Position numbers and translations under genes: made by a program
NCBI GenBank assembly: GCA_038874135.1
Contig: JAVZCZ010000001.1
Location: 288,968-352,967 of the forward strand
DNA: 64,000 nucleotides
Source of the DNA: Candidatus Woesearchaeota archaeon
Lineage (GTDB): Archaea; Nanobdellota; Nanobdellia; Woesearchaeales; 0-14-0-80-44-23
Direction: 5' to 3'
Notes under the pieces: model-generated
What the model was told of the DNA's origin: nothing
Database searches by the model: none
Seen by the model: only the letters and a program-made list of their open reading frames with translations
In this document: one piece after another, positions 1 through 8,997 of the stretch
Numbering within the stretch: position 1 is the stretch's first letter
Layout: each line of letters opens with the position of its first letter

Positions 1-1793
1 CGTTTTATAAGTTGTGGAAACAACTTTTTATTTACCCAATAGGGATATGCATCAACATGCCACCACTTCTTATCTTCAGGAGAAGCATTTTGAAACAATT
101 CAAGATTCATATCTAAAATTCCTGCTTTGTAACCTTTGGCCCTCAAATAAGCTGATAAATAAGCTAGACTAAGAGGTGGAAATATTCCCCATGGAGGTGG
201 CATAATTAGAAGAACATCAACTCCGTCAAATCTTTTTTTGAAATCAAAATCTATCGGTATAATATTTGAATCTTTTGCTGGATCATAAAAATATTTTGAG
301 GTATCCCCGGTTGTATTTGAGTATTTATCTGAAACTTTTGAAACATTTGTTTTTTTATTGATGAGAGAATGTATTCTATTGAGTGTATATATTAAACCAT
401 TGTCTTTTATGAGTCTAAAAATCGTTTTAAGAGTTCTATTTCTACGATTGCAGTGTTCATGCCATTTTGTTTCAATATTTTTGACGGCCATTTCAAGTTC
501 TTGAGCTGAGAGGTAGTCTGTGCTTATTACGCTTTTGATGCTGCCATTATACTCACTCAGATTTTCAGTTATGAGTTTTTGCTGTTGTTTTAATTGTTCA
601 TAAAACTCAGTTCCTGGAAAGGGGGTAGCTATTGAAAACTGTGCTGAAAAAGGATCTATTTCATATAGGAATTTCTCAGTTTGAGATATGGTATCGTAGC
701 TTTCTCCAGGAAGTCCAAAAGTAAATGTTAAGTGGACTCTTATTCCAAGCTTTTTAGTGAATAGAATATTCTTCTTAGCTATCTTCAAATTAAGATTTTT
801 TTTAGAATTATCAACTATTTTTTGTGAGCCTGATTCAATCCCGTATTTAATTGCCCACAACCCTGCCTTTTTCATTGCAATCAATATTTCTTCATCCATT
901 AGGTCAGGTCTTGCCATTATTGCCCAGGGAACATTCAATTTTCTACGCTCAATTTCTCTGCATAGTTCCAGCATTCTTTCTTTACCGATATTGAATGTAT
1001 CGTCGTCAAAATAGATTGATTTGAAGCCCATTTTTTTGACTAGAAATTCCATCTCATTAACAACATCCTGTACACTTCTAATTCGGTAATTTCTTCCACT
1101 GTAAGCTATTTGAGGCCAGGCGCAGAATATGCAGTTAAAAGGGCATCCTCTACTCGCAAGCATTTGAGCACAGGGAAGAGGCATTTCTCCAGGAGAATCA
1201 AGGTATTTGTAAATAGGCACATCTCTTCTTTCAGGCCAGGGGAGCTCATCTAATCTACAAAGGGGACGCCGGTCTGTTCTTATTATAGATTCTGTTGTCC
1301 GGTATATTAAACCTTTTATTTTTTTGAAATCTGTTGTTTTTGTTTTTAGAGCTTCTGCAAGTTCTAGTAATGTGAATTCATACTCACCAAAAATGGCGAA
1401 ATCTATAAAAGGGTAAGAGATGAGGAACTCATCCCTTATCTCTATGCTTGGAGCTGCAACCGCTATATAAGTGTTGATATCTTTCTTTATTTTTTCCAAT
1501 AAGCACATATCATATTTTAAAGAGGGGGCTGAGGTTTCTGTGAATATCAGGTCTGGTCGGAATTCTCTTATTCTTTCTAAAAATTGGGCTTCGCTGATAT
1601 CTTCAGCTATTGCATCGATAAGTTTTGCTTCAAAACCATATTTTTTTAGAAGTGATGTAGCATATCCTAAAAAGAAGGGATAGGGTAGATAATCGCCTTC
1701 TTCATTAGTTTTGAGGTGGGGCCATCTGCTACCTGCCCGCACGCCTTTTCTGCCTTCTTGCTCCCACGGAAGGTTTGCTAAAAGTATTTTCAT
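1..1793 (-). CDS. Cobalamin (B12)-binding radical SAM protein, tandem-module form; C-terminus lies beyond the window start (partial)
   Basis: ATG at 1793 (minus). N-term MKILLANLPWEQEG... B12-binding signature, radical SAM motif SRGCPFNCIFC. I translated the minus frame down to position 1 without a stop, and the ORF track lists no complete minus ORF here. A second B12-binding-like start (VDVLLIMPPPWGIFPPLSLAYLSAYLRAKGY) begins near nt 220. Confidence 0.6.
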   Translation of the reverse strand, partial: MKILLANLPWEQEGRKGVRAGSRWPHLKTNEEGDYLPYPFFLGYATSLLKKYGFEAKLIDAIAEDISEAQFLERIREFRPDLIFTETSAPSLKYDMCLLEKIKKDINTYIAVAAPSIEIRDEFLISYPFIDFAIFGEYEFTLLELAEALKTKTTDFKKIKGLIYRTTESIIRTDRRPLCRLDELPWPERRDVPIYKYLDSPGEMPLPCAQMLASRGCPFNCIFCAWPQIAYSGRNYRIRSVQDVVNEMEFLVKKMGFKSIYFDDDTFNIGKERMLELCREIERRKLNVPWAIMARPDLMDEEILIAMKKAGLWAIKYGIESGSQKIVDNSKKNLNLKIAKKNILFTKKLGIRVHLTFTFGLPGESYDTISQTEKFLYEIDPFSAQFSIATPFPGTEFYEQLKQQQKLITENLSEYNGSIKSVISTDYLSAQELEMAVKNIETKWHEHCNRRNRTLKTIFRLIKDNGLIYTLNRIHSLINKKTNVSKVSDKYSNTTGDTSKYFYDPAKDSNIIPIDFDFKKRFDGVDVLLIMPPPWGIFPPLSLAYLSAYLRAKGYKAGILDMNLELFQNASPEDKKWWHVDAYPYWVNKKLFPQLIK

Positions 1794-1849
1794 TTTTCAG
1801 AGAAAAAAGCACTATGCTTATATATAAAACTTATTTTTATTATTTAAAA

Positions 1850-2698
1850 ATGAAAAAAGTAAAAAAGGTTTCCTTATACATCCCTGTTCTAAATCAGGAG
1901 AAATATCTAAAAAGGTGTCTTAAGGGCGTCCTATCACAAGATTATCCTATTTCAGAGATCATAATAGTGGATAATGGTTCAACAGATAGCTCAATTAAAA
2001 TCGTAAATCATTTTAGAAGAATAGATAAAAGAATTAAGGTAGTTAGGGAAAAAGAGAGGGGATTGGCTAATGCGAGAAATGCTGCATTAAAAGCAGCTAA
2101 ATCAACATTTATAGCGGCGGTAGATGCTGATTGTTTTCTAGAAAAGGATTGGCTTTCTAGAATTATGGCTAATTTTTCTGATAGAAAGATCGTTGGGGTT
2201 GGAGGTAAGCTTGTTGAAAATGATAAGTGGCGTGCTATTCATCTGAAACAGGAATGGGGAGAAGAGAAGTTGATAAATCCACCATTTCTGTTCGGATCAA
2301 ATACTGTATTCAGAACAAAGGTGCTTAAGAGCGTTGGTGGATATAATCCCATTTTTAAAACAAATTATGAAGATGTAGACATGTCTAGAAAGTTATTATC
2401 TAAAAATTTCAAACTAGTGTATGAGCCTAAAGCAGTTGCTCATCATATGAAAGTGGACAAAACTTTTTCTCTTTTACGCACTGTTTGGGCTTGGGGGTTT
2501 TACGGAAATGAGCCTAAGAACTTTGCGGATATACTGAAAAGAGTCATCTTTAATATCAAGATGCCCAGCAGTTTACTGTTTGAAGATTTAATAAATGGAA
2601 GGTTTACTTTTATTTTAACTGATCTACTCATATTTTTTTCTAACCCTTTTTTTGATTTAAAATATTATGTAGAGTACATCAAAAACAGATATTTTTAA
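1850..2698 (+). CDS. Family 2 glycosyltransferase (GT-A fold)
   Basis: MKKVKKVSLYIPVLNQEKYL...IIVDNGSTDSS...AVDADCF motifs typical of GT2. Longest ORF starts at TTG 1775; ATG at 1850 fits the usual GT2 N-terminus. Confidence 0.75.
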   Translation: MKKVKKVSLYIPVLNQEKYLKRCLKGVLSQDYPISEIIIVDNGSTDSSIKIVNHFRRIDKRIKVVREKERGLANARNAALKAAKSTFIAAVDADCFLEKDWLSRIMANFSDRKIVGVGGKLVENDKWRAIHLKQEWGEEKLINPPFLFGSNTVFRTKVLKSVGGYNPIFKTNYEDVDMSRKLLSKNFKLVYEPKAVAHHMKVDKTFSLLRTVWAWGFYGNEPKNFADILKRVIFNIKMPSSLLFEDLINGRFTFILTDLLIFFSNPFFDLKYYVEYIKNRYF

Positions 2699-2701
2699 AT
2701 A

Positions 2702-4672
2702 ATGCATAAATCTAAATGCCAGATTATGAGCAGAGTAATATTTTTTTCGCACAAAAAGATTTTTGAAAACGGGAATAATTCTGCTTCAGACATTAGATTT
2801 TTAGAAATGGCAAAAGTTCTTGTTCAAAATAATCATAAAGTAACGATTGCTGAAAAATTAAGAGAAAACGAAGAAGTCTTACTTGGAATAAGATTTGTTG
2901 GATGGAAAAATGTGCTTAGTTCTGACCTTTCAAAAGAGTATGATGTTGCAATAGTGCCAATTTGGACTACTGAGAAAGAAGTTCTAGACAGAATAAAAAA
3001 TATAGCGATTGTAGTAGACGCGTATGCTCCAATAGTTTTAGAGCAATCGAGTAGATATGCAAATAAAACGCCTAGTAGAAGAGAAGTTTCTGATTTTGTA
3101 AATTATGTTCTAACCAAATCCAATGTTTTATTATCAATGGCTGATTTTATTATGTGTGCTGGAGATAGACAAAAATTGTACTATACAGGAATATTAAGCG
3201 CCCTTGGAAGGATCAACCCGTTTTCATATGAAGAAAAGCTTATTGAATCAGTTCCATCAGGAGTTCATCTCAAAAGACCAGTTAATAAAAAAGAAGTATT
3301 TAAGAAAATAATTGGTGAAAATAAAAGAATAGTTTTGTGGCCCTCTACAATATTTCCTTGGTTTGATGCAGAAACTGCAATAAGAGCAATGAAGATAGTT
3401 GCAGAGGAAGAAAAAGAAGCGGTACTGGTATTCTTAGGCGCAACTGGTTTACCGAAAGACAGTTTAGGATATGAGGAAGCTGAGGAAGCGAAAAAACTTG
3501 CTGAAAAAGAAGGAATTTTGAATAAAAATGTTTTCTTTATAGAAAGAATTCCGTATCAAGATGTGGAATCTGCTTATTTAGAGTCGGAGATAGCATTAAT
3601 AACTTATCCGCCCGGATTTGAAACAGAGTTCGCATTTAGAACTAGAACTATTCATTGTATGTGGGCGGGTTTGCCGGTTATCTGCTCTGAAGGTGATGAA
3701 CTGGCTGAGATCATAAAAAGAGAAGGGCTCGGCGTAGTGGTTAAGCCTAAAGACCCTGAAGTACTTGCGAATTCAATAATAAGATTATTGAAAAATGAAC
3801 AACTAAGAGCTGAAATTGCAAAGAATGGACAAGAATATGTGTTTAAGAATTTTAGTTGGGAAAAAGTGTGTAAGCCATTAGAAGATTTTTGCAGTAAGCC
3901 CCGGATTAGTGAGTCAAAAAACTTTTTGACACCCTATGCAATAATAGATGAAAAGAATAGATTAATATGGCAGTTAGAGGAACATCTTGAGGACTATAAA
4001 TCAAAAGATGAAAAATCAAAACAAATAATACTGAAGAACGAGATGGAGATAGAAAAAGAGCAAAGAATAATTGAAGAGCAAAGTAAAGAAATAAAAAGAA
4101 TAAGCAGAAAATCTGAGCAAGTTATAAATGAGTTAAATAAAGAGATCAAGAATAGAGTTAAACACATAGAAAGTTTAGAAATAACAATACAACAACAAAA
4201 CCAAACAATCAAAAACCTAGAAAAAGAAATACAAAACAAAGAACAAACAATACAACAACAAAACCAAACAATCAAAAACCTAGAAAAAGAAATACAAAAC
4301 AAAGAACAAACAATACAACAACAAAACCAAACAATCAAAAACCTAGAAAAAGAAATACAAAACAAAGAACAAACAATACAACAACAAAACCAAACAATCA
4401 AAAACCTAGAAAAAGAAATACAAAACAAAGAACAAACAATACAACAACAAAACCAAACAATCAAAAACCTAGAAAAAGAAATACAAAACAAAGAACAAAC
4501 AATACAACAACAAAACCAAACAATCAAAAACCTAGAAAAAGAAATACAAAACAAAGAACAAACAATACAACAACAAAAAGAAAAACTAGATGAGATATTA
4601 AACTCGCGATGGTATAAGTTCGCTTCTAAAATTGATTCATTAAGCAAGAAATTAGGAATCATTAAAAAATAA
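2702..4672 (+). CDS. GT4-type glycosyltransferase with a C-terminal coiled-coil repeat extension
   Basis: Glycos_transf_1-like core (IERIPYQDVESAYLESEIALITYPPGFETEF...GLPVICSEGDELAEII) followed by about 6 perfect copies of a 21-aa unit TIQQQNQTIKNLEKEIQNKEQ. Confidence 0.7.
   Translation: MHKSKCQIMSRVIFFSHKKIFENGNNSASDIRFLEMAKVLVQNNHKVTIAEKLRENEEVLLGIRFVGWKNVLSSDLSKEYDVAIVPIWTTEKEVLDRIKNIAIVVDAYAPIVLEQSSRYANKTPSRREVSDFVNYVLTKSNVLLSMADFIMCAGDRQKLYYTGILSALGRINPFSYEEKLIESVPSGVHLKRPVNKKEVFKKIIGENKRIVLWPSTIFPWFDAETAIRAMKIVAEEEKEAVLVFLGATGLPKDSLGYEEAEEAKKLAEKEGILNKNVFFIERIPYQDVESAYLESEIALITYPPGFETEFAFRTRTIHCMWAGLPVICSEGDELAEIIKREGLGVVVKPKDPEVLANSIIRLLKNEQLRAEIAKNGQEYVFKNFSWEKVCKPLEDFCSKPRISESKNFLTPYAIIDEKNRLIWQLEEHLEDYKSKDEKSKQIILKNEMEIEKEQRIIEEQSKEIKRISRKSEQVINELNKEIKNRVKHIESLEITIQQQNQTIKNLEKEIQNKEQTIQQQNQTIKNLEKEIQNKEQTIQQQNQTIKNLEKEIQNKEQTIQQQNQTIKNLEKEIQNKEQTIQQQNQTIKNLEKEIQNKEQTIQQQNQTIKNLEKEIQNKEQTIQQQKEKLDEILNSRWYKFASKIDSLSKKLGIIKK
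4184..4580. repeat. Perfect 63-bp tandem repeat (about 6.3 copies) inside the GT4 gene, in frame
   Basis: The unit atacaacaacaaaaccaaacaatcaaaaacctagaaaaagaaatacaaaacaaagaacaaaca repeats head-to-tail with no mismatches visible. Confidence 0.9.
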
Positions 4673-4676
4673 GTGA

Positions 4677-5843
4677 TTAATGTTTTCTAAGAGACATTGC
4701 AGTTTCATACGCTTTTATAAGATTGTCTGTTGTAACATCCCAATTGTATTCCAACTCGGCTCTTTTTCTCGCTTCTTTTCCAAGCGTCTTTCTCATCTTT
4801 TCATCGTTTAAAAGAATTTTTATTCCTTTTGAAAGAGCTTCAACATCGCCTGCTTTAACCAGTATCCCTGCATTCCCCACCATTTTTTTAACTTCACCGA
4901 CATCACTAGCCACTATCGCTTTTCCTGCTGCCAAGTATTCAACTATTTTAAGAGGGCTCTTACACCTTGTTATCCCATTATCCTCAAAGCATGCCACTGC
5001 AATATCTGAAGCTGCAAGGTATTTTGGAACTTCCTCATGAGTCACATAACCAGTAAAAATTATCCTATCGGAAATTTCTAATTTTTCTGCCAAAGAAGTT
5101 AGTTTATGGGCTTCAGTTCCCCAGCCTACTATCATAAATGCTGCATCAGTTTTTTCATCAATAAGTTTTTTTGCAGCTCTTACAAAAAGCTCAGCATATT
5201 GAGCGCCATGCAATTGTCCTAGATATATTACAACAGGAGTGTTATGTTTTATTTTGTATTTATCCCTAATTTCACTCCCATCTATTTTTGGATTAAACTT
5301 ATTGAGATCTGCACCTACGTGAGCATCAAATATTCTTTCTTCCCTAACACCTAAAGAGAGAGCCAGATTTTTAATACCATCACTCGCAACTGAAACAGTA
5401 TCCACAAGCTTGGGAATAGTTCTTTCAACTAGGTTAAGATACTTTCCATAAAGCTGCGATGGAGGACTAAATAGATAAATTTGGTATTCCCAGTCATCCC
5501 AATCATAATGAACAGGCTTTCCAGCAAAATATGCCGCAAATATTGCCGGAAGAGATGCTATAGTAAAACATTTCTGGAAATGAATTACATCAGCCCACCT
5601 AGCAAGTTTATACATTTTATAAATATTTTTGAATATTGCCCATTTGCGTCTTTTAAAAGGAATCACTTCAAAATTGAAACGGTAATTGTTTAGCAGTCCT
5701 CTCTCCTGTTCAGGTAGTGGAAAATATACCAGCTTAACCTCATGTCCCTTCTCAGTCAACTTTTGTGCAATTTCAGTTATCCTAACAGTCCAGGGCTCTT
5801 TAGTTGAATAGATATCGTGAGGATGAACCATCAATATCTTCAT
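4677..5843 (-). CDS. GT4-type glycosyltransferase
   Basis: MKILMVHPHDIY... N-term, C-terminal GT1/GT4 signature (EDNGITRCKSPLKIVEYLAAGKAIVASDVGE). Longest ORF start is 5858. Confidence 0.7.
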   Translation of the reverse strand: MKILMVHPHDIYSTKEPWTVRITEIAQKLTEKGHEVKLVYFPLPEQERGLLNNYRFNFEVIPFKRRKWAIFKNIYKMYKLARWADVIHFQKCFTIASLPAIFAAYFAGKPVHYDWDDWEYQIYLFSPPSQLYGKYLNLVERTIPKLVDTVSVASDGIKNLALSLGVREERIFDAHVGADLNKFNPKIDGSEIRDKYKIKHNTPVVIYLGQLHGAQYAELFVRAAKKLIDEKTDAAFMIVGWGTEAHKLTSLAEKLEISDRIIFTGYVTHEEVPKYLAASDIAVACFEDNGITRCKSPLKIVEYLAAGKAIVASDVGEVKKMVGNAGILVKAGDVEALSKGIKILLNDEKMRKTLGKEARKRAELEYNWDVTTDNLIKAYETAMSLRKH

Positions 5844-5993
5844 TTTTAAACATCTCATTTATGAGCCGGGAAATAAGCTAAATCCTTTTCGCTTCTCCCA
5901 AAGCCACATATAAACATCTACTACCAATGTGAGTATAAGCAGGTAAATTAAAACAAAAAACCCAATAATTCTGGAATAATTTTTCATTTGTAA

Positions 5994-7106
5994 CTACCTA
6001 ATTAATCCTTTTGCTTTTGCTTCAGCATATGCCTTATCAAACTCATCCCGGGAATTAACTGAATTAGACCACCTAACCAGATCTTTTAAACCTTCCTCAA
6101 GAGTAACTCTCGGCATAAAATCTAGTCTGGATTTTAATTTGGATATGTCGGCAAAACAGTGCCTGACATCGCCCGGTCTAAATGTTTCTCTAATATCCGG
6201 CTTTAGATTGGCTCCATAGATTGAGATAAGCCTTTCAGCAACTTCTTTTATCGGAGTTGGAGTTCCTGAACCAACATTAAAAATCTGGTAATCCGCATTT
6301 TTTGATTCAAGAGAACGCACACAAACTTCTGCAACATCATATACTGATATGAAATCTCTAGTCTGAAGCCCGTCTTCATTAATTACGGGCGGGTTTCCAC
6401 TTTTTATTCTACTCATAAAAATAGCAGTAACTCCAGTATAAGGATTGTTAAGAGATTGCCTGGGACCATAAACATTAAAGAACCTAAGCGAAACAGATTT
6501 TATTCCATAAGTTGAACCAACTGTCATCACCATATCCTCCTGAGTTCTCTTGTTAATTGAATAGATTGAATTAGGAAAAGTATAATCATCTTCTGAAATG
6601 GCTACCGGAGTAATCTTACCATTGCATTTAGGACATAAAGGCTCCCAGATTTTTCTTTGAAGCTGCTCAACACTACGCAGCCCAGGCCTAACAAAGCCGC
6701 ACTTCTCGCAGTAATACTTTCCCTCACCATAACTGCTCATACTGGCAGCCACTATTATTTTTTTAACATTATTTTTTTTATTTATGATAAAATCAAGAAG
6801 GTTAGCTGTTCCCAGTACAGTATTATCTACATAATCATAAATTTTATACATGCTCTGAGCCACTCCAACAGAAGCCGCAAAATGAAAAACTGCATCAACA
6901 TCTTTCAGTGCCTTTTTCACATCATTTTTATTTCTCACATCTCCCCGAATAAACTCAGCATTCTGGTTTAAATAATCCGGCACCCCGCTGGGATGAACCT
7001 GCGGATCTAAGTTGTCTAAAATTCTCACATCATAACCACGCTCAACAAGTTTGTCCACTACGAAGCTACCTATAAAGCCTGCTCCACCTGTAACGAGAAC
7101 ATTCAT
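5994..7106 (-). CDS. NAD-dependent sugar epimerase/dehydratase (SDR family) with an internal CxxC...CxxC zinc-ribbon insertion
   Basis: MNVLVTGGAGFIGS Rossmann motif (ATG 7106; longest ORF starts at TTG 7127). Catalytic YxxxK region. Inserted segment YCEKCGFVRPGLRSVEQLQRKIWEPLCPKCNG. Confidence 0.7.
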   Translation of the reverse strand: MNVLVTGGAGFIGSFVVDKLVERGYDVRILDNLDPQVHPSGVPDYLNQNAEFIRGDVRNKNDVKKALKDVDAVFHFAASVGVAQSMYKIYDYVDNTVLGTANLLDFIINKKNNVKKIIVAASMSSYGEGKYYCEKCGFVRPGLRSVEQLQRKIWEPLCPKCNGKITPVAISEDDYTFPNSIYSINKRTQEDMVMTVGSTYGIKSVSLRFFNVYGPRQSLNNPYTGVTAIFMSRIKSGNPPVINEDGLQTRDFISVYDVAEVCVRSLESKNADYQIFNVGSGTPTPIKEVAERLISIYGANLKPDIRETFRPGDVRHCFADISKLKSRLDFMPRVTLEEGLKDLVRWSNSVNSRDEFDKAYAEAKAKGLIR

Positions 7107-7123
7107 TTTTTCACCTTCCCAAT

Positions 7124-8170
7124 TCAAACATTAAGAGATTCTTGAATAGTTGAGATATTCTGTTTTATCCATGCTAACATTATCTTAACGCCTTTTTGTG
7201 GCGAAGTAGAAGGCTTCCATGAAAAATGCTTTTCTGCCTTTCTTATGTCACTAATGTAAACCTTCTGGTCTCCTGCTCGCCAGGGCCCAAACTTATATGA
7301 AATCTTTTTTGAAAGAAGCTTCTCAAGAATTGAAATCAGCTCTAACAGAGAAAGCGTATTCTTTGGGCCTCCACCAATGTTATAGATTTGTCCCGCAGTT
7401 TTTTTACTCTTCAGAGCAAGTTCATAAGCTCTAACTAAATCCTTAACAAACAACACATCCCTAACCTGTTTGCCGTCTCCATAAAGAGTAAGAGGCAGGT
7501 TTAATGATGCAGCTATTGCAAACCAAGCCACCCAGCCCTGGTCTTCAATACCAAACTGCCTTGGACCATAAATGCAGGACTGCCTAAAAACAACTGTGGG
7601 CAGGCCATAAATGCGATAGTAATCTCTCACATACTGATCTGCACACCCCTTGCTGCAACCATAAGGACTGTGAAAGTCAATAGGCCTATGCTCGTCAATT
7701 GCAGTTATATTTTTATAAACATAGCGGCTCTGAGTTTCCGTTACCTTAACATCTTCCATCTGTCCATACACCTTGTTTGTGGAAGAGAAAATAAGCTTAG
7801 GGGTTTTCTTTGACTTTCTCGCCGCTTCAAGCACATTGAAAGTTCCTAATGCGTTGCTTTCAAAATCATATCTCGGATCAATTATTGAAGAAGTCATCGC
7901 TGTTTGTGCCGCCAAATGAATTACATAGTCTGTATTTCTAGTTTCTTTTTCAAGAAGCTTAATGTCAGTTCTTATGTCGGCTTTAACAAATCTGATCATA
8001 GGATAATCTTTTTTCAAAATTAAGAGATTATTCTTAGAACCTTTTCTTGAGAGATTATCTAACACGGTTACATCATATCCCTTATTAATGAAATATTCTG
8101 CAGTGTTAGAACCTATAAAGCCCGCTCCCCCCGTTATTAATATTCTAGGCCCATTCATTTTAGCGAACAT
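7124..8170 (-). CDS. NAD-dependent sugar epimerase/dehydratase (SDR family)
   Basis: RILITGGAGFIGSNTAEYFINKGYDVTVLDNL. Stop overlaps the downstream epimerase start, suggesting an operon. Confidence 0.7.
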   Translation of the reverse strand: MFAKMNGPRILITGGAGFIGSNTAEYFINKGYDVTVLDNLSRKGSKNNLLILKKDYPMIRFVKADIRTDIKLLEKETRNTDYVIHLAAQTAMTSSIIDPRYDFESNALGTFNVLEAARKSKKTPKLIFSSTNKVYGQMEDVKVTETQSRYVYKNITAIDEHRPIDFHSPYGCSKGCADQYVRDYYRIYGLPTVVFRQSCIYGPRQFGIEDQGWVAWFAIAASLNLPLTLYGDGKQVRDVLFVKDLVRAYELALKSKKTAGQIYNIGGGPKNTLSLLELISILEKLLSKKISYKFGPWRAGDQKVYISDIRKAEKHFSWKPSTSPQKGVKIMLAWIKQNISTIQESLNV

Positions 8171-8239
8171 ACATTTTTTAAGTAAACTTCCATTTCTATT
8201 TTTAAAACTTTTGATTTTTACAAGCTCTTGTGAAAAATC

Positions 8240-8935
8240 TCACTTTTTAATATATATCTTTACATTCCCAATCTGGTAAAGTGTGCTGTTTGCTATAAAA
8301 TCTTGAAATAGTTTTTTGCCATTACACTCAAGAGGGTATTGGGGCATGACTATAAGAAGACGCGGATTCCATGAATTAAGTTCAGCATCATGATTGACTG
8401 AGGAAGAGAACATAGGGTCACCTTCATAGCATACAAATCTGATAAAGTTGAATGGCTCACGATTGGAGAGTAAGTAAATCTCTCCATTCCAACCATAAAC
8501 TAAGATTCTATCTGTTGAGTTGGTATGCTCTTTTATAAAACTGATCACTCTAGTCTGTTCTTCTGCTCCCGAAAAATCGCTGTATGGGAAGTGAAATATC
8601 TTATAATTGATGTTATAATCAGGATATTGTTTAGAAGCGAAGAAAAATGTTGTAAACGATGTGATTAGAAGTAATATTACAAGTACTGATTTTTTATATC
8701 CATTCTTTGATTGAATTAAAAACTTCAATCCCCGTGCAGAGTAAAAGGCTATTGGTGGAAGTACAATTATAAAGTAGTGCCCGAATGAAGGAGGAATAAA
8801 ACAGATTAACAAACCAAACAGTAACCAAGATAAAAACAAAAAATTTATTTGTTTAGAATCTTTGCCATTCTGTATGAGAGATAAAATTCCTAAAAGGGAT
8901 AAGAACAAAAAACATAAAGATTCAAGGATTATCAT
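8240..8935 (-). CDS. Membrane protein, GT-C-like C-terminal module (paralog of the C-terminal third of 12910..14394)
   Basis: Shares the motif IPPSFGHYF plus ...QYP(D/N)xNINxK... with the 494-aa polytopic protein at 12910..14394. About 3 TM segments followed by a soluble domain. Confidence 0.4.
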   Translation of the reverse strand: MIILESLCFLFLSLLGILSLIQNGKDSKQINFLFLSWLLFGLLICFIPPSFGHYFIIVLPPIAFYSARGLKFLIQSKNGYKKSVLVILLLITSFTTFFFASKQYPDYNINYKIFHFPYSDFSGAEEQTRVISFIKEHTNSTDRILVYGWNGEIYLLSNREPFNFIRFVCYEGDPMFSSSVNHDAELNSWNPRLLIVMPQYPLECNGKKLFQDFIANSTLYQIGNVKIYIKK

Positions 8936-8997
8936 AAAATAACCTTCTGCTATTTATTTAGAAAAATTTTTATATGAACACCTTCTTTTTTAGTATA

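Noticed and set aside
757-1683. Plus-strand ORFs 757..1014 and 1471..1683
   Set aside because: They lie entirely within the minus-strand B12-radical SAM gene, which has strong motifs. They have no motifs of their own.
1775-1849. TTG-initiated N-terminal extension of the GT2 ORF
   Set aside because: The extension overlaps the start of the divergent rSAM gene. An ATG with the typical GT2 N-terminus (MKKVKKVSLYIPVLN) occurs at 1850.
4184-4580. Possible CRISPR array
   Set aside because: The repeats are contiguous with no spacers, have no palindromic character, and lie in frame within a protein-coding gene.
3994-4662. 222-aa minus-strand ORF with internally repeated peptide
   Set aside because: It is the antisense reading of the 63-bp tandem repeat inside the GT4 gene. 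Its repetitiveness merely mirrors the coding-strand repeat. The sense-strand GT4 ORF has clear family motifs.
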